A stretch of 63,185 bases of DNA, the filler included. It is 3 parts of 3 records of this genome, joined end to end, with 100 filler letters (N's around TTAATTAATTAA, not from the genome) between each part and the next. Parts side by side here need not be neighbours in the genome. Positions count along the whole stretch, not along the records: positions 28,259 to 57,557 come from SRR31147125_4580; 2 more parts are not named here. One strand, 5' to 3'. Of the stretch, positions 41,682-52,907 are shown in pieces. How positions within the stretch are numbered: the stretch's first letter is position 1; every line of letters starts with the position of its first letter. Position numbers and translations under genes: made by a program. The notes under the pieces were generated by a model. That model was not told the origin of the DNA. It ran no database searches and worked only from the letters and a program-made list of their open reading frames with translations.

Positions 41682-42291
41682 TGAAGTAAAGACAGTTAGT
41701 CAATATGCTGTAATTAATTTTAAGAATGCAGATGGAACAATATTTAAGGCAGTGAGATGCATGATTAATGAGAATGTAGATTTGCCATATTTTCCGACAG
41801 ATACAAGTTATTCAGAAGATCCGATTACTGGAAACAAATATTACTCATTTGTTGTCGGGTGGAAAGATGAAGATGGGAATCCTGTTAACAATATAGTTGC
41901 TCCTGATTTAAACAATTCGAACGATTATTTCATTGATATATATAATTTACTTGTTGATAAAGTAGTTGTTATGGAAACTGAAAACGATGGGAGTCAAGGA
42001 ATGCTTTCTAATGATGCATTGAAGATTATTTCAAACAAGAAAATATATCTAGCCAACACTAGTTATGGCTATTATTTAATTAGACCATCAATATCATATA
42101 GCTATACTGATAATGGAGATATCTTAAATGAAGTAATATTTACAGTTGATAATATGGTAGATTTTCCAGGACAAACAACATCATTAGAGCCAGAGTTTAC
42201 AGTATATAAAGATGTAAATAACACAGAAAAGATAGGTACAATAAATTTTGAAATATTAGTTGTTCATTCAAGTGAACTTACGGGAGATTAA
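41659..42291 (+). CDS. hypothetical acidic beta-rich protein
   Basis: 210-aa ORF with AAGGAG RBS. The segment INFKNADGT...LP..P......YSFVVGW weakly resembles a Listeria/Bacteroides (InlB B-type) repeat. Confidence 0.65.
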   Translation: MKMGYYVDEVKTVSQYAVINFKNADGTIFKAVRCMINENVDLPYFPTDTSYSEDPITGNKYYSFVVGWKDEDGNPVNNIVAPDLNNSNDYFIDIYNLLVDKVVVMETENDGSQGMLSNDALKIISNKKIYLANTSYGYYLIRPSISYSYTDNGDILNEVIFTVDNMVDFPGQTTSLEPEFTVYKDVNNTEKIGTINFEILVVHSSELTGD

Positions 42292-42293
42292 TA

Positions 42294-43730
42294 ATGAAAA
42301 TAGAACAGTTAAGAGAGAAACTAAGATTAAACAACAAGGTATATCCAACTAAAAAATTTGCAGATATTTATAGTTCTAAAACAGTATCTGATATTCAAAA
42401 ACTAAAAAAACACACAACTAATTTATTTAGGTCTAGTTTAAAATATATTGGGACAGAAAAAGTCTCAACTGATAATAATATGAAGATTATTGGAATAACA
42501 GGAAGTCATGGAAAATCAAGTGTAGCTTTTATGATTCATGAGTATTTAAAAGAGATTGGTTATAAAACTGTTTTGTACTCTAGTATATCAGTTGATTCGC
42601 CAGCATCTTATAAAAAAGTAAATGAAGCTGTTGAGAATCCATTGAGGGATCAGCAAATGTTGCTAAACGCAATTGAAGAAGCATATGCATATAATGCTGA
42701 TTTCTTAATTTTGGAAGTGAATGAAAGAGCAATAAAAAAAGGGTTATCTAAAGATATTCCTTTTGATATGAGAATTATTACGAATATAAATCCAACACAT
42801 AACACATTCTTTTATCCAGATTATGTTGAAATTAAAAAACAGTTTTTTAAAGAAGTAAATCAAGAAGATGATGTGGTTTGCTTGTTTAATGCAAATGACA
42901 AAGATATTTTTAATAGTTTGTATGAAAGTAATAGAAAATCAAAAGTAACCTATATGTCGAAATACGTTGCCAATAAGAGAGGAATTAACCCAAATAAAGT
43001 AAATTATATAATGACTGCAAATGATGTCATGGACACAATTGAAGGGCTTCAGTTTATTGTTAAGGGGGCAAAAGATGATTACAATATAAAAACTAACATG
43101 CTTTTTCCTCATAATGCATTAAATATTACATGTGTAGTAGCATCTCTTGAAACACTAGGACTCTATCATGATCAGATGTTTAATAATTTTATTAAAAACC
43201 TTGTAGTTCCAGGGGTAGATGAAGTGTTTGAATACAAAGGTAGAAAAATAATTGTCACAAGAGGTATTTCTCCACATCTAGAAGTTCTAGATAATTATAA
43301 GAAAAGAGGAGATTTTTCTGAACTTCATCTTGTTGCTGGTACAACTGGGCTAGGCTATAAATCTTGGGTTAAAGAGTTTCCTGATGAAAGTTATATCAGT
43401 GAAAAAGAATATTCAGTTTCTTTTGCTTATAAGTATGCAGAAAAGTATGTTGATAAAATCTACATTACAACAAACGATAGTGCAGCAACAGATAAACAAG
43501 AATTGATGAATTATCAATCATCTTTTATATCAAATCAAATTGAAAAAGAAATGATTCAAGACAGATATGAAGCACTAAGTAAAGCTATTCAGAATTCAAA
43601 TAGTGGGGATGTTATTTTAGTGAGTGGTAGAGGAAATCGTAGGGTCATGTGTAATTCTGAAAATATAAGAAAATTGCATCTGGACAGTGAAGCAATATTC
43701 AAATTGATAAATAGCAAGGAGTTGAATTAA
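42294..43730 (+). CDS. MurE-like ligase with a short basic N-terminus in place of the UDP-MurNAc-binding domain
   Basis: IIGITGSHGKSS, LILEV, ITNI, HNALN, ITTND and DRYEALSKAI...GDVILVSGRG (MurE C-terminal motif). Confidence 0.8.
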   Translation: MKIEQLREKLRLNNKVYPTKKFADIYSSKTVSDIQKLKKHTTNLFRSSLKYIGTEKVSTDNNMKIIGITGSHGKSSVAFMIHEYLKEIGYKTVLYSSISVDSPASYKKVNEAVENPLRDQQMLLNAIEEAYAYNADFLILEVNERAIKKGLSKDIPFDMRIITNINPTHNTFFYPDYVEIKKQFFKEVNQEDDVVCLFNANDKDIFNSLYESNRKSKVTYMSKYVANKRGINPNKVNYIMTANDVMDTIEGLQFIVKGAKDDYNIKTNMLFPHNALNITCVVASLETLGLYHDQMFNNFIKNLVVPGVDEVFEYKGRKIIVTRGISPHLEVLDNYKKRGDFSELHLVAGTTGLGYKSWVKEFPDESYISEKEYSVSFAYKYAEKYVDKIYITTNDSAATDKQELMNYQSSFISNQIEKEMIQDRYEALSKAIQNSNSGDVILVSGRGNRRVMCNSENIRKLHLDSEAIFKLINSKELN

Positions 43731-46700
43731 ATGAGTGTTTTTTATTTCAATAAAGAAGCTGATAATGCATTACCATGTAGTGGAGCTATCTTTCTTCATC
43801 ATTATAATGCATTTAAGTCCCTTAGTGATTCGGGTGCATACTTAGTATTAGAAAATTGGGATAAACAGGATCATATTTTTTTTGAATTAGATTTCAGTAA
43901 AATTATTGATGCAAATGAAGTGTTACTTTCAAACTTCAACTTAATCATTAGTTCAAAAAAAGGAACAAAATTTAGGATATATGAAGTAGACCCATTCGAT
44001 CTTTCATCTCTGACTGAAGATGACCTTCTCAATGAACTGAATAAAAATAGTGACCCAATTTTTAAGATTACCACAACAAATAATGACTATGAGACAGAAT
44101 TTTTTGAAAATGATATCACCAAATACGTCAAAGAAAGTATTAATAATGGTAATAAAAAAGTATATATCAGAATTGAACATGATTCAATTCATAATGTTGC
44201 TATTGCTCATCCAAATGACTATGAACCATTAGTTACAGTTGAAACAGACATGCCAGAAAACTGTATGACAATTCATGAATTAGATGATAGTAATAAGATA
44301 ATTGTGAATGATGCAAAGGGATCGATTATCCAAGTGTTACCCTCAGTTGAGGGGATTGGATTAACCCTAAACAATAGTCAATATACAGATAAATCAAATG
44401 TCATGACAAGTCTTAAAATCCGAATAAAAGAAGATAGTTTTTATAGATATACGATTTATGATAACTTCGGAAACAAGGGAATTTATAGATACATGTCAGG
44501 TGATTTCGGTGCAGACTACTATGGATTAGAAATACTTCGTGATAAAGTATATGTGTTTCTTAATATTAGTGATTTAAGCTTCTTTGAAGAGTTTGATTCT
44601 AGCCTTGAAATTTTCTATCAAGACGGAACTGTCATAACGATGAGTGCAGACGGTTCAAGCCAAGATTCCGAAGGGAATAGCATTTATAATTTGCAAAATA
44701 TCACTAATAAAGACGGGTCATATCTTCAATTAGATTGGAGTAGTTCAAATCAAGTTATTGCAAGAAATCATCATAACGAGACCATTACAATTTCTATAAG
44801 TGACAATAAAATAGACTCATTAGAAATACCTAAGTGGAAAAAGAAAATCGAACTAGAATATATATTTTTTAATAATAGATATTACTTAAAAGAATATAAC
44901 GAGTTTAATTGTGATAATTTTAATAATTATTTAGTAAAGTCGAGACTATTTGAGTATAATGCAAATATGTATCTAACAAAATTTAACACATCTGATAGCA
45001 CCTTAGAGGCTACCTATATATATGAGTCAAATAAACTAAAAAAAATTTTATTTGATAATGGGATTTTGAATTCATTAGAGTATACGTATCACGCTAATGA
45101 TAATTATACTGAAATAAAAAATCAATTTAATGAAGTGAGTAATATATATTATAATGATGCTTCTCAGAAAGTTATGATAAGCAGCAACGATAACTATGTA
45201 ACATATGAATCACAAAGTAATTATAAAGGAGAATATATCAGTCAGTTTAAAGAGGTTGTATCTATTAAAGATAATGTTCTTCTTAATTCTAATTATCAAA
45301 CTCAATCTAATGATTCTTTGTTAAGTATAAACTATTGGGATGGATTTAGTAATGAATTTGGTATGGGGGATACTGTTGAAAGTAATTCTTTCTTTCCAGA
45401 AATCATTGGATCAAATATAGTTAAATTCTTAGGTGAAGAAAATAACATAAGAACTTTTAAAACTACCTATGAATCTGATGAAAATTATGAAGGTGATCAA
45501 TGGTTTTTTAGTATATGGTGTAAGGCGGATATTCCTTTGAAAGAAATATTTCAAGTTGAGTTTAGAGTAAATAAAATTTCAAATGGTTTTGATAAATATA
45601 CATTCAACTTGAATAAATCTGAAAAGAACTGGCAAATACTTACAGGTAGTTTCACAACAAAAACTAATTATTCATCTATAGTGTGCTCAATCAAATATGA
45701 AGGTTCAAGTCATGTATATATTGGTAAAGCAAAACTATATAGAAAACCAGAAAGCGTTCACTACGATTATAACAAGTTAAGTCAAGTTGAAGGATTTAGC
45801 GTAGGATCAAACCAATTAGAGTTTATGTATGATGAGGGTAAATTAATTCGAGCTACAACACAATCAGGAAGAATGATAAATTATATTTATGATACAAGTG
45901 GGAATCTTATTTTAATAGAAGATAGTTGCTCATTATTCAAGATAGAAAATGAGTATTTGAACGGGAACATTGTAAAACAAATAAGAACAACCTTAGATGG
46001 AAAAACATCTAAAACATTTTATGAGTATAATGAGAAAAATGAACTGATTAAATCCGTAGATGAATTTGGCTTGTCAGTTGATTATATTTATGATAAGTTT
46101 GGGAGATTAGTTGATTTGCAAGATTCAAGTGGTATTGTATATAGCACAGATTATGATACAAAAGGAAGAATAATCGAAACAAAGAATCATATAAACGATA
46201 GGGTTGATGGTGGTTTTTTTGAGTATGGTAATAATAAAGAACTGTCAGTTTTAACTACTAAGAACAATACAGAGTATGAATTTTCATATAACGATATGAA
46301 CTTAATCAATAATATTTCAGTAAATGGATCTGATTTAGAATCAAGAGTATATGAAAAAGTAATAAACAATTATAATACGGGTTTAATGACACAGAAGCAA
46401 TATGGTAATGGAGTTAACAATAAATTCCAGTTTGAGTATGATGACAAACATAGATTGCTAACAAAAAAGAATAATCAAAATGATATGGTTGCCATTTCTT
46501 ATGATGATGAAAATAATACAGTTAATATTTTAGATCATGTAAATCAAGTTCTAAAAGAACAGCATCTAGATATAAGAGGGAGAACCGTTAAAGAAAGCAT
46601 AACATCTTCAAATCAAACTATTGAAGAACATTTATATGCTTATGATAATTTAGATGGTTTACAGAAACGCTCATATATATCAAATAAACCAGATTATGTT

Positions 46701-49700
46701 GATAGAACATACGATTTTGATCATGATTATGAGTTCCAAGAGTATAGTTTAGAAGGTTACTTAGATAGAATATCTAGCGCATTTTTAAATGATTATTTAC
46801 GTCCAAATAATGCGGGTAATACTTTATATTCAAAAATTAAAATCAAACCAAATAATACTTCATATATTTTTAAAGATGCCCCGGAACTTAAACTATTTAC
46901 GAATGATTTTAATAAAGATTTGAATCAAAACGTAATGAGATTTAATGATTTAGAAGGGTGTTTAGTATTTGATGAGAATAAGATAAATTCAAATAGAGTA
47001 GATGGGAAATACTATGGAAATCATCAATTTATCAAAAGTGATTGGGACAATGACTTTAAAGATGATAAAATTATTTATGCATGGATTAAATTAACTGGTC
47101 AAGTAACTTCTGCCAAAGAACTTATGAGATTAGGAAGTTTATCTTTGAACGTAAACTATGAAAATGAGATTTATCTTAACGATAATGGTTCAATTATTGA
47201 AACTAATCAGCCTATTTTCTTCGATGAATGGACACTGATAGGGTTAAGAGTTAAAAAAATTGATTATCAAAACTATAGTGCTACAGTATACATTAATGGT
47301 AAGTATACTATACACAATGTTTCTCAAAATGTTTCGGAAATTAATCTTTTATCGATAGGGTCTTATCCTATAAGCAACCCTAATCAAACATACTTGAATA
47401 ATAAAACATTTATACAGGCGGAGTGTGTAATGGATGTTCTATATGTTGGTTATGGAGCAAGTAATACTACCAGTGATAATCTGACAAAAATCTATGAGGA
47501 TGGCAAACTATATCTTGATACAGCACTAATATATAACAAAGACCAAGTATCTTATTATAATCACACTATATACGCTGGTGCAGAGGTAGTTACATTAAAT
47601 GGATCTTATGTTTCGTCATTAGGAAAAAGGCCAAAATCCTATTCATATACTGATGGTAATTATAAGTCTAATAAGACTAAATTGTTTAAATTTGATCATC
47701 AGCTTCAAAAGCATACTTTTGGAAGTTATAGTAACTATGAAAGTTATGATGCAGTTAAAAACTCTGTGTTGTCATATGACTTAATATTTAGTACTGTTGG
47801 ATCTGTCAACATTTTTGTTAAACCATTTTCAAAATACAAATCAGAGAAAAGAACAATTTTGGGATTTATGAATGGTACAGTAAGTACACTTGATTTGTTC
47901 ATTGACGAAAATTACATACTCAAATATAAAATTAATGGAGCTGAATATAATAGTAGGATGCAATTGAATATTGATAAGTGGAATATGGTGACAATGCTAT
48001 GGCAGCCAAATCAAGTGCAATTGAGTTTGAACAATTCAGAATTTAAAACCAAAACAACTTTTACCATTGATTTGTCTGGGACAACATTGTTTATTGGTTC
48101 AAGATATTTAGATGATATACCTATAAATCACTTTGAAGGTCAATTGCAAATGCTTTCCATTTGGGATACAAATATCACGAAACAAAAAATAACTGAACTA
48201 TTTAACGAAGGGTTACAATTGAGTGTGCAAACTGAGTATGATCATCATGGAAGAATGAAAGCAACAAATATCATAAATAATAAATCAATACTTACAAAAA
48301 AATATCAATACTTTGATGAAAAGTATATAGACAATAATGAAGAGAAGCAAAAGTTTAATGCTCTTCCAACAAGTGAAATAGATATTGACGGTAATGAAAT
48401 TGTATATATATATGATGAATATTTAAACGTAACGACTAAAGAGATAATAGATGATTCGGGGAAACCTATCTCGGTTACTCGTTATAAATATGATGATCTT
48501 AAACGATTATCTAAAGAAACATTAAGTTTTGTATCTATGGATGAAAGTGATCCATTGAATCCAATCAGAAATGAAACCTTCGACTATTCATATGAGTACA
48601 AATATGATTCAAATGGTAACATTTTGGAGAAGACTAGTGTTGATGATTATAGTCAATTATTATTCAAAGATACATATCACTATTCTTCTACTTATAAAGA
48701 TAGATTGGAAAGAATCAGTAGGTTGGAAAATAGTAATGAAATAGACATTTATAATTTATCTTATAGTGCTGATGATCAATTTAGACCAACAACAATTATT
48801 GAAAATGGACAATCTATATCACTTTCATGGAATGGTCCTCGATTAATGCAATATGGATCAACTCAATATGCATATAATGAAAGTGGACTAAGAATCAAAA
48901 AAGTAGGAACAGATTTAAATGTGAAATACGACCATGATGGTTCTATGGTCATAAAATCTACAGATATTATCAGTTCAAAAGTAATGGATTACCATTTTGA
49001 TCAAAATGAACAAGTGATAGGATTTAATTTCGAAGGAAAAGAATTCTTTTATCAAAGGAACATTTTAGGTGAAATTTATGGTATAATTGACAAAAATGGT
49101 AAGAAATTTGTATCCTATAAGTATACTGCCTATGGTGTGCCAACTATTGAAATTCCAAGTCATCTAACAACAATAGAATTATCCATAGCACAAACAGTTA
49201 GTGAATTAAATATCTACTTATACAAAGGATATATTTACGATCAAGAAACTGGTTTATATTATTGCCAAACAAGATACTATAATCCTCATATAGGTAGATG
49301 GTTGAGTATTGATAGTATTGATTATCTTGATCCAAACAGTATTAATGGATTAAATCTTTATGCATATTGTGGTAACAATCCAGTCATGTTGATGGATCGC
49401 GGCGGAAATAGTCCAACTTGGTGGAATCCATTTAGCTGGTTTGATAATGTAAGTAATGTAGGAAAAATCGTAATTGGTGGAATATTATTTGTTGGTGCAG
49501 TCGCATTAACGATTGCAACAGGTGGTGCATTGGCACCTGTATTTATTGGAATGGCAGTTGGTGTTGGAACTGGTACTTTGATAGGTGGATTTTCATCAGT
49601 AATCGGTTCTGGTGGTGATTGGAGCCAGTTTGGCCAAGGTGCTTGGGATGGATTTTCAGATGGTGTTTTATGGGGTGGTATATTTGCTTTTGCTAGTGCA

Positions 49701-50030
49701 AGTATTGGTGCAATAAAATATGCTGCAAAAGGCTCACAGGGAGCACTACAAGGAACTACAAAAATGACTACGATAACAAAAGGACAGCAGTTTGATAGAT
49801 TTGGTAGTGTTCATGGAAAATTTATAACGGATGTTGGAACTTCTTCAAGTAGACTTGCACTACCGACAACAAACTCTGGAACGAAAATTACTTTACAAGC
49901 AGCAAAAAATTTCAGAGTATTTACGGGTACAATTGCACCAGGATTTGGTAGTACTGGTGGTGGAACTCAATATGTTATGCGCTACTCGATTGAAACCCTA
50001 TTGAAAAAAGGATGGATAGTGCTTTTATAA
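43731..50030 (+). CDS. Rhs/YD-repeat polymorphic toxin with carbohydrate-binding/LamG-like inserts and a C-terminal TNT-like domain
   Basis: YD repeats, Rhs core YKGYIYDQETGLYYCQTRYYNP..GRWLSID and NLYAYCGNNPVMLMDRGG. A Gly-rich hydrophobic segment follows, then FDRFGS..GKF...LALP...G.IAPGFG..GGGTQY (TNT/DUF4237 pattern). Confidence 0.9.
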   Translation: MSVFYFNKEADNALPCSGAIFLHHYNAFKSLSDSGAYLVLENWDKQDHIFFELDFSKIIDANEVLLSNFNLIISSKKGTKFRIYEVDPFDLSSLTEDDLLNELNKNSDPIFKITTTNNDYETEFFENDITKYVKESINNGNKKVYIRIEHDSIHNVAIAHPNDYEPLVTVETDMPENCMTIHELDDSNKIIVNDAKGSIIQVLPSVEGIGLTLNNSQYTDKSNVMTSLKIRIKEDSFYRYTIYDNFGNKGIYRYMSGDFGADYYGLEILRDKVYVFLNISDLSFFEEFDSSLEIFYQDGTVITMSADGSSQDSEGNSIYNLQNITNKDGSYLQLDWSSSNQVIARNHHNETITISISDNKIDSLEIPKWKKKIELEYIFFNNRYYLKEYNEFNCDNFNNYLVKSRLFEYNANMYLTKFNTSDSTLEATYIYESNKLKKILFDNGILNSLEYTYHANDNYTEIKNQFNEVSNIYYNDASQKVMISSNDNYVTYESQSNYKGEYISQFKEVVSIKDNVLLNSNYQTQSNDSLLSINYWDGFSNEFGMGDTVESNSFFPEIIGSNIVKFLGEENNIRTFKTTYESDENYEGDQWFFSIWCKADIPLKEIFQVEFRVNKISNGFDKYTFNLNKSEKNWQILTGSFTTKTNYSSIVCSIKYEGSSHVYIGKAKLYRKPESVHYDYNKLSQVEGFSVGSNQLEFMYDEGKLIRATTQSGRMINYIYDTSGNLILIEDSCSLFKIENEYLNGNIVKQIRTTLDGKTSKTFYEYNEKNELIKSVDEFGLSVDYIYDKFGRLVDLQDSSGIVYSTDYDTKGRIIETKNHINDRVDGGFFEYGNNKELSVLTTKNNTEYEFSYNDMNLINNISVNGSDLESRVYEKVINNYNTGLMTQKQYGNGVNNKFQFEYDDKHRLLTKKNNQNDMVAISYDDENNTVNILDHVNQVLKEQHLDIRGRTVKESITSSNQTIEEHLYAYDNLDGLQKRSYISNKPDYVDRTYDFDHDYEFQEYSLEGYLDRISSAFLNDYLRPNNAGNTLYSKIKIKPNNTSYIFKDAPELKLFTNDFNKDLNQNVMRFNDLEGCLVFDENKINSNRVDGKYYGNHQFIKSDWDNDFKDDKIIYAWIKLTGQVTSAKELMRLGSLSLNVNYENEIYLNDNGSIIETNQPIFFDEWTLIGLRVKKIDYQNYSATVYINGKYTIHNVSQNVSEINLLSIGSYPISNPNQTYLNNKTFIQAECVMDVLYVGYGASNTTSDNLTKIYEDGKLYLDTALIYNKDQVSYYNHTIYAGAEVVTLNGSYVSSLGKRPKSYSYTDGNYKSNKTKLFKFDHQLQKHTFGSYSNYESYDAVKNSVLSYDLIFSTVGSVNIFVKPFSKYKSEKRTILGFMNGTVSTLDLFIDENYILKYKINGAEYNSRMQLNIDKWNMVTMLWQPNQVQLSLNNSEFKTKTTFTIDLSGTTLFIGSRYLDDIPINHFEGQLQMLSIWDTNITKQKITELFNEGLQLSVQTEYDHHGRMKATNIINNKSILTKKYQYFDEKYIDNNEEKQKFNALPTSEIDIDGNEIVYIYDEYLNVTTKEIIDDSGKPISVTRYKYDDLKRLSKETLSFVSMDESDPLNPIRNETFDYSYEYKYDSNGNILEKTSVDDYSQLLFKDTYHYSSTYKDRLERISRLENSNEIDIYNLSYSADDQFRPTTIIENGQSISLSWNGPRLMQYGSTQYAYNESGLRIKKVGTDLNVKYDHDGSMVIKSTDIISSKVMDYHFDQNEQVIGFNFEGKEFFYQRNILGEIYGIIDKNGKKFVSYKYTAYGVPTIEIPSHLTTIELSIAQTVSELNIYLYKGYIYDQETGLYYCQTRYYNPHIGRWLSIDSIDYLDPNSINGLNLYAYCGNNPVMLMDRGGNSPTWWNPFSWFDNVSNVGKIVIGGILFVGAVALTIATGGALAPVFIGMAVGVGTGTLIGGFSSVIGSGGDWSQFGQGAWDGFSDGVLWGGIFAFASASIGAIKYAAKGSQGALQGTTKMTTITKGQQFDRFGSVHGKFITDVGTSSSRLALPTTNSGTKITLQAAKNFRVFTGTIAPGFGSTGGGTQYVMRYSIETLLKKGWIVLL

Positions 50031-50054
50031 AAGATATTAGGAGGATAAATCTTT

Positions 50055-50506
50055 ATGGAATGTTTTAGAAACATTGAAGATGGAATATATTTAGAAACAC
50101 CTAAGATATATTTAACGTGGGATACACATAAAGATAGTGTCATTGCGCTAAATGATAGTTTTGAATTAGTTAATGATTCGTATTATACACTAAAAGTAAA
50201 ACTGTCTAATATCCCCTTTGTTGATTATTTAGGGATCCATTTTAACGATGACAAAATCTCAAAAATTGAAATGTTTAACAAACACGAAAATGTTAATGAT
50301 ATAGCGAATGTTTTTTATGATAATCAAACTATTTTAGAGAAAAGTATTGGAAAACCAATAAAACAATCATTTAGTTCTGTCTTATTTAGAGGTGAGAAAA
50401 AAAGATTAAGCATTTTAAATGGAAATTCAAGAATATAGAATTAATTCATAAATTATGGGATAGGTTTGGGTTAGAAGAAAGACTAGAAATAATCATAAAA
50501 CACTGA
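50055..50506 (+). CDS. putative immunity protein (frameshifted at A7; annotated frame ends 50438)
   Basis: Small gene directly after the toxin, with GGAGG RBS. The -1 frame from the A7 run (50397-50403) reads IKHFKWKFKNIELIHKLWDRFGLEERLEIIIKH*. Confidence 0.65.
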
Positions 50507-50637
50507 TGCAAAAAGTTTAGTATTCCTATTCTGCGTAACGTGGCTATACTAATAGCCGCGTTATCGCATACTAAACCGTGCTGATATTAAGTTTAACTAA
50601 AACATTATGTGATTTAAGAAATCGTAATATTTAGGCT

Positions 50638-50667
50638 AAGGAGTGTTGAAATCAACATTCCTTTTTT
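50638..50667 (+). terminator. intrinsic terminator after toxin-immunity pair
   Basis: aaggagtgttga-aa-tcaacattcctttttt. Confidence 0.75.
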
Positions 50668-50755
50668 GATGCAAAAAACATCAACAAGATTAATCCAATG
50701 CCACAAAATGTCATAAGTGCTTCATATACTTGAAGTATAAGAGGTGTTTAGACAT

Positions 50756-52498
<1,743 letters not shown>

Positions 52499-52579
52499 TG
52501 ATATTTTGTCGTTTTAACTTTATAAAGGTTTGTTTAACTGTTATAATTAAGGTGATTAAAGGCATAAAATGACTTGTAC

Positions 52580-52850
52580 CTATATATATGTAACACTCCA
52601 GTGATGTTGATGGATGCCGATAGAAATAGTCCAACTTAGTAAAATCCATTTAGCTGCTTCGATGATGTAAATACTGTAGGAAAAAATTGTAATTGGTGGA
52701 TTATGGTTTGTTGGTGCAGTGGCACTAACAATTGCGACAGGTGTTGCATTGGTACCTGTATTTATTGGAATAACAGTTGGTGATTAGCTCCAGTTTGTTC
52801 AAGGTGCTTGGGATGAATTTTCAGATAGTGTTTTATGTTGGATATATTTG
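52580..52850 (+). repeat. degenerate copy of the Rhs core-end / pre-toxin segment (~49360-49690)
   Basis: Shared blocks ccagt.atgttgatggat, aaatagtccaactt, aatccatttagctg, gtaattggtgga, tttgttggtgcagt, cctgtatttattggaat, caaggtgcttgggatg and attttcagat.gtgttttatg, with stops and a deletion. Confidence 0.88.
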
Positions 52851-52907
52851 ATTTAAGTATGTGTATGCGATAAATTATTACAAATAATCAAAATACAGGG
52901 AGAAATA

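Noticed and set aside
39681-43730. Peptidoglycan (dcw) cluster or prophage lysis cassette
   Set aside because: No mraY/murG/ftsW, endolysin or phage structural genes, and both ligases lack the N-terminal substrate domain.
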